A stretch of DNA of 64,000 bases from a virus. The position numbers and the translations under genes are program-made. The notes beneath the pieces were generated by a model. It ran no database searches, was not told where the DNA came from, and worked only from the letters and a program-made list of their open reading frames with translations. The stretch covers positions 30,413 through 94,412 of the IMG/VR virus record IMGVR_UViG_3300008448_000023; one strand, given 5' to 3'. Positions 1 through 11,119 of the stretch are shown here, piece by piece (position 1 is the stretch's first letter; every line of letters starts with the position of its first letter).

Positions 1-1
1 T

Positions 2-3000
2 CCACGAATCACAATCACAACAACTCTGGCAGTGGGTGATAAAATCACCGTACAAGAGTTTCCAGCTACCTACGGCAATTTTGTGCCAAACACACCAACC
101 AAATTGGGACTATACCCAGCATGGAAACCCGGCATAGTCACAGTAGACACCACCACTGGCACAGCTCAAGTAATCGTAGGACACGACGGCAGCCAAACAC
201 CTGTGTTTGGTGACGTGCGCGACGATGTGTTGTTGGAATTTGAAAAACGTATCTACAATAACCTCAAGGTAGACGGAAATCCAGTACCACTCAGTGTGTA
301 CGATGTATTGCCTGGACAATTCAGAGACACTGGTTATAGTTTTTCAGAGATCAATCAGATTCTAGCACAAGATTTTTTAAGCTACGTTGGTTGGAACAAA
401 CTAGACTACAACAATCAGAATTACATTGCCAGCAATGAATTTAGTTGGAATTATTCTAATGCTACCAACAAGCTCAACGGAGAAAATCTTCTAGGTGCCT
501 GGCGCGGGATCTATCGTTATTTCTATGACACTCAAGATCCTTCCCGCACACCATGGGAAATGCTGGGCTTTACTATTGAACCTACCTGGTGGATCTCTAC
601 CTATGGTCCAGCACCTTATACTAATACCAACCTGGTACTGTGGGATGATTTAGAAGCTGGCCTGATACGTGATCCTGCTGGCTCGTATTTCTTGCCGCAA
701 TATGTAAGGCCTGGTCTTACTGATGTAATTCCAGTGGACTCAGAAGGCAACTTACTGAGCCCATTTGATTGTGTTGTTCAAGACTACGATGACCAGCAAT
801 GGCAACGAAGCTGGGTAGCAGGCGACGGCGGACCAGTAGAAGCATCTTGGTGGAATTCTAGTTCTTATCCTTTTGCTGTAATGCGACTGTTAGCATTGAC
901 TCGTCCAGCTAAATTTTACAGCCTGTTTGCTGACCGAGATCTTTACAAGTTCAACGATGCGTTTAGCCAGTATCTTTACAATCAACGTTACCGCTTGGAC
1001 GCCAACGGCATTGAAGTCTACGGCGACGGCGTCAGCAAAGCCAGTTATATCAACTGGATTGTGGATTACAATCAGCAGTTGGGTCTAAATTCTACAAAAC
1101 GATTACAAGACGACTTGGCCAATTTAGATGTTCGTCTGTGCTATCGCATGGCCAGTTTCAGCGACAAGCAGTATATCAAACTATACACAGAAAAATCTAG
1201 CCCCAACAGTCTCAACAGCACGTTGCAGATCCCAGACGAAAGCTACGATTTACTGTTGTACAAAAATCAACCTGTTGAGCGATTGATTTACAGTTCTGTG
1301 GTAGTCCAAATAGTCGAAGGCGGGTACGCAGTCTATGGTTATTCAACTTCTCAACCCTATTTTAACATTGCAGTAAGCCAAGGTATTGGTAGGTTACGTC
1401 CTATCACCGTTGGTGATGTCACGGTCAGAGTTCCTACACAGTACACCAATTCAGTGGCTCAGGTTCCCTATGGCTTTGTGTTCACCAACCCCACCAGTGT
1501 GTGTGATTTCTTGTTGAGTTATGGCAAATTGTTGAAAGATCAAGGGTTGACCTTTGATGATCGCGCCAACGGATTCATACTAGACTGGGATCAAATGGCT
1601 CAGGAATTTTTGTATTGGACACAGCAAGGATGGGAAAATGATAGTCTTATCAATCTTAACCCATTGGCAGGAAAGTTGATCATCACTAAACCAGGTTTGG
1701 TTGCTGACAGTATCGTAACGCAGACCAGCGAAAACATTTTGTTGAATCAAAACAAACGTGAACTGAATACTCGCAACTTGAACATTGTACGTTTGGGCAA
1801 CACACTGAGCCTTGAGCCATTGACAGACGAAAGTTTGAGTTTTGCTGATTTTAGATTTACCAATTTTGAACACATGATTGTGCTAAACAATCGTAGTGTG
1901 TTCGGAGACTTGATCTATGAACCAGTAACCGGAGCTAGACAAAGTCGTCTTGACCTAGTTGCCTTTAACTCAACACAGTGGAATGGTGTTGTTGATGCCC
2001 AGGGCTTTATTCTCAATCAAGACAACGTTGAAGAATGGACTGGATTTAAGAAATACACCAAAGGCCAAATTGTCAAATACAAAGATCAGTTTTGGAGTGC
2101 GCAAACCATAGTGAACCCAAAATCAAACTTTGATTTCAATGATTGGGTCAAGAGCGATTATGAACAAATTGAGCAAGGTTTGTTGCCTAACATTGCCAAC
2201 AAATCCAATCAGTTGCAACAGACCTACAGTGTTAATTCTGCTAACTTGGAACAAGATCAGGACTTGTTGAGTTATGGTCTAATTGGATTCCGACCAAGGC
2301 AGTATATGGCTGCACTGAATCTAGATGATGTCAGTCAAGTCAACATATATCAGCAGTTCCTTAAGACCAAAGGAACTATTCTATCTGCCGAATTGTTAAG
2401 TCGAGCAAACCTAGGCAAAGAAGCAGCCGACTACAATATCTATGAAAATTGGGCAGTTCAGCGTGCGGTGTACGGCGCCAACGCCAACCGTAGTTTTGTT
2501 GAACTACGCCTTAACCGAGCACTGTTGAGTAGTAATCCAAGCCTGGTACAAGTGATTGAACCACAGCAAGTAAGTCAAGCTGACCAACAAATTTTGTTGA
2601 GTGATGTTTGGAAACAAAGTTACAAACTCACCGGAACAAACTTTTTGCCTACCACCGAAGAAACCATCACTGATACTGCTTTGCCCAGTGCCGGTTATGT
2701 AAATCTTAATGATGTAGATATTACTGCATTTTCACTGACTGATGATAGTTCTGCCATTGAGGCAGCCCTTGGTGCAGTCAAGGTTGGATCAGATCTGTGG
2801 GTAGCCAAGGTCAACACCTATGATTGGGATGTATTCCGTTGCGTACAAGTTCCTGGATATATTGATCACGTCTGTGACAATCTTGACGGAACCAGTATTG
2901 CAAGATTTACCAAGGCACACGGACTAGTTCCAAGTGACCAACTGATCATCAGAGAATTTGATCCGTTGGTAGACGGTGTCTACACAGTGTTAGAAACACC

Positions 3001-6000
3001 AGACATCAACAGTGTTGTTATTGCGTATACGTTTGTTGGATCGCAGAGCGTGATTGAAGGTGTGGGCATTGGTTTTAGCTTGCAATCAGAGCGAGTAGCA
3101 CAGGCCAGTGATATAATCAATCTTCCCTACGCTAATGATATTACCACAGGCAACAAAGTCTGGGTAGACAACAACGGCAACGGTCGCTGGGCAGTACTGG
3201 AAAAACAAAATCCGTTCTCAGACATTACTGAACTTGCGCCGCAACTTTTAGATGCCACAGAAGAGTACGGAGTAGCTGTAGCCCAGGCCAAAAATAGATT
3301 GGCAGCATTGGTAGGCAGTCCACGATACGGATTTAACGTTGGTGCTGAAAAAGGCGGAGTGTATGTTTACGTTAAAAACTACGGTGATCAATACATTCCT
3401 GTCAGTCCGCTAGATCAAGGAGATGCTGTACTCACACTTGACGTTACTGGAGCCCTAGGCTACGGTAATGCGGTGGACTTTGGAAATCAAACCTGGGCTA
3501 TAGCTGGCGCCAGCAAGAGTCTAGGACCCGCAGGACAAGCAGATGTAGGTTATGCTGCAATCATTTATCGTGATCCTACACTGGGAGAACCAGGAGTAAA
3601 TCCATATGCACAATGGCAACTCATTGTGCCTGAAGATTTAGATACCCTGGGAGAGTTTGGTCACAGTGTTACCGTGAGCACAGATGAGCGCTGGGCTTAT
3701 GTTGGAGCACCAGGAGCCAACAAAGTCTATGCCTATGGACGTGTGGATTGGGAAGACCAATTTGTACAGGCATTGGGCAACGGAACAACCAAGACTTATC
3801 AAATTGGTAATGTTATTCAAATCAATGCCAACACACAGTTAACAGTCACACTTGACGACACTGTGCAGTTTCTCACCACTGACTATACTGTAGCCGCTGA
3901 TTTCAACTCTGTAACATTTACAACTGCTCCAGCAGCAGGTGTAGTGGTCAAAATACAAAGAATCAATCGTCTTAACGTGGATGGTGGTACCTATTTCAAC
4001 GTAACTCAAAGCTCTACCACTGGTGGCGGCTCTGGAGCAACATTTACAATTGAACGAATCAGAGGCCAAGTAGGACAGCTTCCGGGAGCTCCAACTATCA
4101 AGGGTAGAGTGGGTCTAGTGGCTGGAGGTATAGGTTACGCAGCCGGCAATACTGTTAGATTTGCTCCAAGCAAATTTGGCGGAACTGGAACCAGTCCCAG
4201 CAATGATATTGTTTTAACAATCACTGGAGTCAACGCAACCACCGGTGCTATCGAAGCATATACTATTGCGTATAGTGCTCCAATAACAAACACATTCTCA
4301 TTGAATGAATATTTCTTCACAGCAACCAACATATATTCGTTCTCAGTGTATGTTGACGGTGTGTTGCAACGCCCACAGATTGATTACACATTTGGAGAAG
4401 ATTCAACCTACGACCTTACTTTGACTTCCAGCAGTTCTGGCTACAATGTTTATGGAACTGTAATTGAAGTACAAGCACAAAGTTACTTTGATTATGTTTA
4501 CACGTTGACTGTTGCTGGACTTGACGCTGGTGCAAGATTTGGTCACAGTGTGGCCACATCCACTGACGGTCGTCAAGTACTAGTCGGAACTCCTGACCGC
4601 ACTGTTAGTGGCAAAGTAGAAGCCGGTAGTGTCTATGTATTTGATCGTAACGTGCAAAGATTTATCTACGGAACCGATCCAAGCTCAGTTGCATTTACAG
4701 TACTCGGAACAGTGACAGAACCAGTGAGTGTTATTGTAAACAATCAATTTTTGGTCAACGAAGCCAACGATGTTCTCAATGGCACCAATACCTTTACTGT
4801 GGCAGGGAATCTTGTGACAGTAAACACTGATTTGGCAGTTGGCGACACAGTTGAAATAGAAACCAACCAATTTAGATTGATGCAGGCTATCACACAAAAT
4901 ACTGTTGCAGAATTTTCTAATTTTGGACAAGCGGTAGACCTTTGTGCTTACAATTGCAGCTTGTATGTTGGAGCACCACAAGATAGTACCGCCACCTGGA
5001 AAGCAGGTGCAGTGCAACGCAGTGTAAATCAAAGTCGCAGCTATGGTACAATCACTGCCACAGTGGCCAACCCAAGTATCACAGTCGGCGACACACTGAG
5101 AGTCAACAACATTGACGTTGCAGTACCGTCAGCTGGCACACTGACCAGTTTTGCTTCGGCTATCAATGCTGATGTTCCCAATGTGATTGCAACTGTCAAC
5201 AACGGTTTGTTGACTTTGAAAGTAAAAAATGCTGCCGCAGCCTCGCCTACAGACCTACTACAAGTTGCACCGGGCTCAGTTGGCACTGCATTTAATGCGT
5301 TTGGATTCCAGACGTTTACCTACTCTCAGACACTGTACAGTCCTTACCCAACAGAATTTGCTCAGTTTGGTTACAGCGTGTCTGTGGATGAAACTGCGGT
5401 GAACCTAGTAGTGGGATCGCCACAGGGAACTTTGTGGGTGCTAACAATATGGGACGATGGACTGGTAGACTGGGACGGCAACAGTACCACATTCTTTAGT
5501 ACCGTGGAGCAGAGCGGTAGTGTATACACCTACGATTATTTGCCTGCTGCCAACGAAAGCGCAGCCAACACAGGAAAATTTGTGTTTGGAATTCAAATAA
5601 TTGATTCCAATGTAAGACCGTTGGACGGTTATGGTACTTCGGTGAGCTATGTAGACGGGGTGCTGATGTTAGGTGCTCCGGGCAGCGATGCTGTGGCCAG
5701 TGACAGTACCGCTGCTGATTACGGCCGAGTTTTTGTGTCACAAAACCCAAATAGAATTCCTGCGTGGACCACATTAAGACAACAACAACCAGTGGTTGAC
5801 ATTGGACTAATCAATGGAGTATTCACATACGATCGAATCACCAGTGCTCGTACTGAACAGTTTGATTTCTTTGATCCTTTGCAAGGCAAAATACTTGGCG
5901 CAGCAAGACAAAACATCGATTACATTGGAGCTGTTGATCCAGCACAGTACGACAACGGTCCAACCAACAACAATGGCACAACATGGTTTGCAGAGCATGT

Positions 6001-9000
6001 GGGAGAAATTTGGTGGGATATTGGTACAGTAAGATTTATTGACCCCAACCAAGATGATATCGTATATGCCAGCCGACGCTGGGGACAACTGTTCCCTGGT
6101 AGTACTGTAGACATTTATCAGTGGGTCGAAAGCACAGTACCGCCAGCGTCTTACTCAGGACCTGGAGTACCTCTCAACATAAATTCGTTTAGTTTCAGCG
6201 CTCGTCTCAGCACAGACGGTGTTGTGAACACATATTATTATTTCTGGGTTCGAGGTATAACCACAGTGGCCACTAACAAAGGTAAAACTTTGAGTGCTAC
6301 AACTGTAAGTCGCTACATTGAAAATCCAAAAAGCAGCGGTATTCCGTACATTGCTCCTATCAATGCCAGCACAATTGCCTTGTATAATGCCGCAAACATC
6401 ATCGAAGCGCAGGATACCATAATCAACATTGAGTATGATCGTGAGTATACCACCAACAATGTTCACGTAGAGTATGAGCTGATTGCGCAAGACAAGTCCG
6501 ACGGCTTCTTGAGCGACGGATTATATCGTAAATTACAGGACAGTTTCTGCGGAGTTGACACAGCAGGTAATCTTGTACCAGATCCTAACTTGAACGCAGC
6601 AGAACGATACGGTGTCCAATTCCGTCCGCGCCAGTCAATGTTTGTGGATCGCTTTGAAGCTCTGAAAAATTATTTACAACGTGCCAATGCAGTGTTGGCC
6701 ATGTACACTATTTCCGAAAGTAGAAGTTTTAATCTGCTGAATTCCAGCGATCCTGAGCCAGATTCCACCACCCCTGGACAGACTGAGCCAAACTGGAACA
6801 TGCGTGTAGCCAACTTGGAAATTTTGAGTTTCCAAAACATATATGCTGTGCCAATTGGTTATAGATATCTAGTAGCCAGCGACAGTAGCAACAACGGTCT
6901 GTGGACAATCTATCAAGTGCAATACGTACAAAACGGACTATTTGATGCTCGAGAGTTAGTACTAATCAAGGTACAAAACTATGACACCAAACGTTACTGG
7001 AGTTACATTGACTGGTACTTGCCGGGATACAACCCATCTACTAAAGTAACTGCAGAAGTTCCTAACTTCAGTACGTTAGACACCTTGTCTGTTCCTGTGG
7101 GAACCAGTGTGCGAGTGACTGCTAACGCACAAGGTAAATTTGAAATTTATCTCAGGTCGTTGACTGGCTGGGATCGAGTGGCTTTAGAAGACGGTACCAT
7201 TGCATTCTCGGCTGAATTGTGGGATTATGCACTGGGACGTTTTGGATTTGACGTTGAAGTGTTTGATGCGCAGTACTTTGATCAAGAGCCAGTGATTGAA
7301 ACTCGCAAGATCATTCAGGCCATCAATCAAGAACTGTTCATCGACGACCTGCTGTTAGAACGCAATCGCAGCTTGACGCTGATGTTTAACTATGTGCTCA
7401 GTGAGTTTGCAGCCCCTGAGTGGTTGGTTAAAACTTCGTTGATTGACGTTGATCACCGAATTCGAAATCTAGAACCCTTCCAGAACTATCGTCAAGATAA
7501 TCAGGAATTCGTTCTTGACTATATTCAAGAAGTCAAGCCTTATCACGTACAAATTCGTGAATTTAATCTGTTGTACAATGGTCAAGACCAGTACGGCGGC
7601 GACGTCACTGACTTCGATGTGCCAGCATACTACAACACTAGTTTGCCAATACCGCAGTACACAAGTCCAATATTAAACATCAGCGACACAACTGATCCAC
7701 GTTACCAATCGCCATATTTGCTCAGCACTCCTGAACCTGATAACACACTCAGCGACGCTGATCCAGGTGCGTTAATTTGGCAAACTTGGCCTTACACACA
7801 ATGGTATGGCAACTATTTGCTGAACTTACAAAGAATTGAGATAGTAGATGCAGGCTCAGGCTATACAGATGTTCCAACTGTGATTATCACTGGTGATGCT
7901 GATGTTCCTGCTACTGCTGAAGCTTTCTTGACCAGCTTTGGATCTATTGCTTTTATTACTATAACTGATCCAGGATCAGGATATTTTGCCACTCCAGTGA
8001 TTACATTTGACGGGGGCAACGGCACAGGCGCAAGAGCTTATCCTATAATGGGCAATGATCTTGTTCGTAGCTTTAAGACAGTGATCAAGTATGACCGTTG
8101 TTCGTATCAAACACAAGTTCTTACTTGGGATCCTAGTGGCACGTATGAAGACGGCACACTGGTACGATTCACTGATCGTGTATGGAGAGCATCTAGTCTA
8201 GATTCAACGGCTGTAGTAGGACCAACGTTTAATCTTGAAGATTGGACTCTAGTACCTGCCAGCGAACTTGGCGGCATAGACCGAACAGCTGGTTATTATG
8301 TTCCTGGGGTCAACGAGCCTGGTATAGATTTGCCTTTGTTGATTGATGGCATAGACTATCCTGGTGTACAAGTTTATGGTAAAGAGTTTGTGTCTGGGGA
8401 GACCCTGGATGTTGAGTACAGCAGCAGTTTTACTGACGTATATCTTGGCACACGAGTTACAGACATCAATGTTGATGGTGGCGAGTTCATTGGACTGTAC
8501 GAAGGCCATGCACCTGAAGAACTAGTAAATGGCAGCGAGTTTGACACTGTTGATATCAAAGTGTTCACACGCCCGGGCAGTGATTGGTCTTTGCTTGACG
8601 GTGTTGCAGGAAATGACGGTCATGGATTTCAAATAGCTAGCCGTCGCTACACAGTGTCTGATGTGGGTAATGCTGTGTTTAACTGGGACGGTATTGAAGA
8701 ACATCCTGTTTATCTTGATGTTGCAAACATTACTACTGGCGTAAATCTGGATCTCAGTACAGACTATACAGTTGATTGGGTAGCAAAAACTGTTACAGTT
8801 ACTGGTAATATCAGTGTCAACGATTCTATATCAATCACAGCTTATGAAGTTGGCGGTGGTAGTCAGCTATATCGAGCCAATGCCATAGGTGATAACGAAG
8901 ATTTCTTAATAGTACCTGTAGCAGCTAACGAAATTTACGATGTTGTGCTATTTGTCAACGGCGTGTTGACTCAGGTCAACACATGGGAAGCTTACTACCC

Positions 9001-10951
9001 AGCTGACGTTTGGAATCAACTCACAGCCTACAACAGATTAGATGTAGTCTATACCACAGGTCCTAGCTATTACCGTGCTATTCAAAATGTTCCTGCTGGT
9101 ATTGCAATCACCAACACTGATTATTGGCAGTCTTTTGTGCCTGGGCAGTTAAGCAAGGTCAACTTGTCTACTGCTTACACCGCCAGCGACTATTTGACTT
9201 TTGTTGTACTAGGCATCACTACACCAATTCAATATTCCTGGAGCACTCCACAAACTGAATATTTTACAGTTGATGCAGCAATCAATGCGGCTCGCACTGT
9301 AAATCTTTCCAACAACACTGGCGGCACCAATCCTTGCAACGCCATTGTTGAGATCAATGGCTTACGCCTGCGTCCTTCGGAAGGCGCAGAATACATTGGA
9401 GACAACACTACCACAGGATTTGCTTTGCCAACCCGAGGTGGATATTCCCAAGGTATTGTTAATGCACTAACTGATGTGACGGTGTATGTTAACAATGTGC
9501 TGCAACAGCAAAACACTGGCGCAGGCGGAGCTTATGTAGTAACTCCCTGGAACAGCGTCAGTAATGACCGTGAAGTAGTGTTTGCAGTACCTCCGGCAGT
9601 TGGTGATCGTATATTGATTGCTGTAAGTACAGTAGCTGAATACCTTATTGTGAACTCACAACTACAACTAGTTACTGCACCCACAATTGGCGCAACTATT
9701 GCAGTGACCACTTATAACGACACAAGTCAACAAAATATTCTTACCTTGGTATTCCAGGGTCCATTGAATACTGGTATCACTGTAACTGAAAGCTATGACA
9801 GCACTACTTTTGATGCTGGCAGCACAACCGGTGCTCCAGGATCTTATGATTATTCTGCTGGTGCAATAATTCCAGACAACAATCTTGATCTTCAGCGATT
9901 GGGAGTACAAGCTGGTCGTTTGTGGGTCACACTCAACGGCTATAGACTGTTTGACGGTGTAGATTACACTGTACAGGGCCAGTATCTCATACTGGCATCT
10001 GGACCAATGGCCAGTTCTGATATTGTTGTGATAACTGAGTTCACAGAAAGCGTGGTGCCTGAGGCATTGGCTTTCCGTATTTTCCAAGACATGCGCGGAG
10101 TGCAGGCAACCTATCGCATGACTACCGCAACAACCACATTCTTAACAGCCAATGTCACTGCCAGTGCTGATATCATTTATGTTAATAATGCCAGTGCGCT
10201 GACCGAACCAGATTTGCCCAACGGAATTTTTGGTGTGTGCATGATAGAAGGCGAACGTATTATGTATCGCAACAGAAATACAGCATTGAACACCATCAGT
10301 GGACTCATGCGTGGCACAGCAGGAACTGCTACAACTGGCCACAGTGCTGGTACTGTGGTCTATAACATGGGACGCGGCAATTTGATGTATGAAGAATACC
10401 AAGATCGTATTGTAAAAGATACATCGTTGGGCGACGGTTCTACTACTATTTTCTATGCACCCAACATCAATGCTGTGCCAGAATATCCACGTGACAGCAG
10501 TACTGCTTATATTGATCACAGCATTGAAGTGTATGTAGGCGGAATTAGACAGTATCCTATCACTGAGCTTGAAACCCCAAGTCAGTATAGATACACTGTG
10601 TCTATGATAGAGCCATTGAGCATTGAGTTTATCACTGACAATGATCCAGTTAGTCCGCTGCTGGCACCAGCTGCTGGTGAAGAAGTTTCAATAACTCAAC
10701 GAGTAAGCAAGAGCTGGTACGATCTTGGAACTATTTCTCCAGTCACCAGCATCGTGGTTGGAAACAGCTACTTTATCTGGGCTCTAGGAAATACCAACTG
10801 GATTGCACTGGGCGCTGAAGACGCTAGAGAAGGTGCGTTGTTTACAGCTACCGCAGCAGGAACGGGAACAGGACAAGTGCGTACTGCCAGCGATGGTATA
10901 GCTCTGCAGGAAACTGACACTCAGGCTGCAAGGTTCCTGCGTGGTTTATAA
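2..10951 (+). CDS. Giant virion structural protein (baseplate/tail-associated), 5'-truncated, with FG-GAP-like propeller repeats
   Basis: Frame is open from position 2 (PRITITTTLAVGDK...), so the gene runs off the window edge. Repeated FGxSVxxS...xVGAP motifs, W..YxxGxxVxYxxxxW modules and GSGY(T/F)xxPxxxxxG repeats typical of large phage structural proteins. Confidence 0.75.
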   Translation, partial: PRITITTTLAVGDKITVQEFPATYGNFVPNTPTKLGLYPAWKPGIVTVDTTTGTAQVIVGHDGSQTPVFGDVRDDVLLEFEKRIYNNLKVDGNPVPLSVYDVLPGQFRDTGYSFSEINQILAQDFLSYVGWNKLDYNNQNYIASNEFSWNYSNATNKLNGENLLGAWRGIYRYFYDTQDPSRTPWEMLGFTIEPTWWISTYGPAPYTNTNLVLWDDLEAGLIRDPAGSYFLPQYVRPGLTDVIPVDSEGNLLSPFDCVVQDYDDQQWQRSWVAGDGGPVEASWWNSSSYPFAVMRLLALTRPAKFYSLFADRDLYKFNDAFSQYLYNQRYRLDANGIEVYGDGVSKASYINWIVDYNQQLGLNSTKRLQDDLANLDVRLCYRMASFSDKQYIKLYTEKSSPNSLNSTLQIPDESYDLLLYKNQPVERLIYSSVVVQIVEGGYAVYGYSTSQPYFNIAVSQGIGRLRPITVGDVTVRVPTQYTNSVAQVPYGFVFTNPTSVCDFLLSYGKLLKDQGLTFDDRANGFILDWDQMAQEFLYWTQQGWENDSLINLNPLAGKLIITKPGLVADSIVTQTSENILLNQNKRELNTRNLNIVRLGNTLSLEPLTDESLSFADFRFTNFEHMIVLNNRSVFGDLIYEPVTGARQSRLDLVAFNSTQWNGVVDAQGFILNQDNVEEWTGFKKYTKGQIVKYKDQFWSAQTIVNPKSNFDFNDWVKSDYEQIEQGLLPNIANKSNQLQQTYSVNSANLEQDQDLLSYGLIGFRPRQYMAALNLDDVSQVNIYQQFLKTKGTILSAELLSRANLGKEAADYNIYENWAVQRAVYGANANRSFVELRLNRALLSSNPSLVQVIEPQQVSQADQQILLSDVWKQSYKLTGTNFLPTTEETITDTALPSAGYVNLNDVDITAFSLTDDSSAIEAALGAVKVGSDLWVAKVNTYDWDVFRCVQVPGYIDHVCDNLDGTSIARFTKAHGLVPSDQLIIREFDPLVDGVYTVLETPDINSVVIAYTFVGSQSVIEGVGIGFSLQSERVAQASDIINLPYANDITTGNKVWVDNNGNGRWAVLEKQNPFSDITELAPQLLDATEEYGVAVAQAKNRLAALVGSPRYGFNVGAEKGGVYVYVKNYGDQYIPVSPLDQGDAVLTLDVTGALGYGNAVDFGNQTWAIAGASKSLGPAGQADVGYAAIIYRDPTLGEPGVNPYAQWQLIVPEDLDTLGEFGHSVTVSTDERWAYVGAPGANKVYAYGRVDWEDQFVQALGNGTTKTYQIGNVIQINANTQLTVTLDDTVQFLTTDYTVAADFNSVTFTTAPAAGVVVKIQRINRLNVDGGTYFNVTQSSTTGGGSGATFTIERIRGQVGQLPGAPTIKGRVGLVAGGIGYAAGNTVRFAPSKFGGTGTSPSNDIVLTITGVNATTGAIEAYTIAYSAPITNTFSLNEYFFTATNIYSFSVYVDGVLQRPQIDYTFGEDSTYDLTLTSSSSGYNVYGTVIEVQAQSYFDYVYTLTVAGLDAGARFGHSVATSTDGRQVLVGTPDRTVSGKVEAGSVYVFDRNVQRFIYGTDPSSVAFTVLGTVTEPVSVIVNNQFLVNEANDVLNGTNTFTVAGNLVTVNTDLAVGDTVEIETNQFRLMQAITQNTVAEFSNFGQAVDLCAYNCSLYVGAPQDSTATWKAGAVQRSVNQSRSYGTITATVANPSITVGDTLRVNNIDVAVPSAGTLTSFASAINADVPNVIATVNNGLLTLKVKNAAAASPTDLLQVAPGSVGTAFNAFGFQTFTYSQTLYSPYPTEFAQFGYSVSVDETAVNLVVGSPQGTLWVLTIWDDGLVDWDGNSTTFFSTVEQSGSVYTYDYLPAANESAANTGKFVFGIQIIDSNVRPLDGYGTSVSYVDGVLMLGAPGSDAVASDSTAADYGRVFVSQNPNRIPAWTTLRQQQPVVDIGLINGVFTYDRITSARTEQFDFFDPLQGKILGAARQNIDYIGAVDPAQYDNGPTNNNGTTWFAEHVGEIWWDIGTVRFIDPNQDDIVYASRRWGQLFPGSTVDIYQWVESTVPPASYSGPGVPLNINSFSFSARLSTDGVVNTYYYFWVRGITTVATNKGKTLSATTVSRYIENPKSSGIPYIAPINASTIALYNAANIIEAQDTIINIEYDREYTTNNVHVEYELIAQDKSDGFLSDGLYRKLQDSFCGVDTAGNLVPDPNLNAAERYGVQFRPRQSMFVDRFEALKNYLQRANAVLAMYTISESRSFNLLNSSDPEPDSTTPGQTEPNWNMRVANLEILSFQNIYAVPIGYRYLVASDSSNNGLWTIYQVQYVQNGLFDARELVLIKVQNYDTKRYWSYIDWYLPGYNPSTKVTAEVPNFSTLDTLSVPVGTSVRVTANAQGKFEIYLRSLTGWDRVALEDGTIAFSAELWDYALGRFGFDVEVFDAQYFDQEPVIETRKIIQAINQELFIDDLLLERNRSLTLMFNYVLSEFAAPEWLVKTSLIDVDHRIRNLEPFQNYRQDNQEFVLDYIQEVKPYHVQIREFNLLYNGQDQYGGDVTDFDVPAYYNTSLPIPQYTSPILNISDTTDPRYQSPYLLSTPEPDNTLSDADPGALIWQTWPYTQWYGNYLLNLQRIEIVDAGSGYTDVPTVIITGDADVPATAEAFLTSFGSIAFITITDPGSGYFATPVITFDGGNGTGARAYPIMGNDLVRSFKTVIKYDRCSYQTQVLTWDPSGTYEDGTLVRFTDRVWRASSLDSTAVVGPTFNLEDWTLVPASELGGIDRTAGYYVPGVNEPGIDLPLLIDGIDYPGVQVYGKEFVSGETLDVEYSSSFTDVYLGTRVTDINVDGGEFIGLYEGHAPEELVNGSEFDTVDIKVFTRPGSDWSLLDGVAGNDGHGFQIASRRYTVSDVGNAVFNWDGIEEHPVYLDVANITTGVNLDLSTDYTVDWVAKTVTVTGNISVNDSISITAYEVGGGSQLYRANAIGDNEDFLIVPVAANEIYDVVLFVNGVLTQVNTWEAYYPADVWNQLTAYNRLDVVYTTGPSYYRAIQNVPAGIAITNTDYWQSFVPGQLSKVNLSTAYTASDYLTFVVLGITTPIQYSWSTPQTEYFTVDAAINAARTVNLSNNTGGTNPCNAIVEINGLRLRPSEGAEYIGDNTTTGFALPTRGGYSQGIVNALTDVTVYVNNVLQQQNTGAGGAYVVTPWNSVSNDREVVFAVPPAVGDRILIAVSTVAEYLIVNSQLQLVTAPTIGATIAVTTYNDTSQQNILTLVFQGPLNTGITVTESYDSTTFDAGSTTGAPGSYDYSAGAIIPDNNLDLQRLGVQAGRLWVTLNGYRLFDGVDYTVQGQYLILASGPMASSDIVVITEFTESVVPEALAFRIFQDMRGVQATYRMTTATTTFLTANVTASADIIYVNNASALTEPDLPNGIFGVCMIEGERIMYRNRNTALNTISGLMRGTAGTATTGHSAGTVVYNMGRGNLMYEEYQDRIVKDTSLGDGSTTIFYAPNINAVPEYPRDSSTAYIDHSIEVYVGGIRQYPITELETPSQYRYTVSMIEPLSIEFITDNDPVSPLLAPAAGEEVSITQRVSKSWYDLGTISPVTSIVVGNSYFIWALGNTNWIALGAEDAREGALFTATAAGTGTGQVRTASDGIALQETDTQAARFLRGL

Positions 10952-10956
10952 CAAGG

Positions 10957-10962
10957 TAAATA
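10957..10962 (+). promoter_or_regulatory. TAAATA late-type promoter motif
   Basis: GGTAAATAAG in the short intergenic gap, 7 nt before ATG 10970; resembles the T4-type late promoter TATAAATA. Confidence 0.5.
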
Positions 10963-10969
10963 AGTGATC

Positions 10970-11119
10970 ATGTCAAATACAGTACCAAACAAGCAACAAC
11001 CACCAAAAATGCCGGCTGCACCGCGCCGGCCCAACGAGCACGGTACAATCAGCGTACAGGGTTATTTTAGAGTGTTTGATCCAAAAACACAAAAAACCAT
11101 TGTGGAGGGTCGCTCATGA
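10970..11119 (+). CDS. 49-aa small protein missing from the ORF track, similar to the N-terminus of the next gene
   Basis: MSNTVPNKQQPPKMPAAPRRPNEHGTISVQGYFRVFDPKTQKTIVEGRS*; fills the gap and has an ATGA overlap with 11116. Confidence 0.7.
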   Translation: MSNTVPNKQQPPKMPAAPRRPNEHGTISVQGYFRVFDPKTQKTIVEGRS

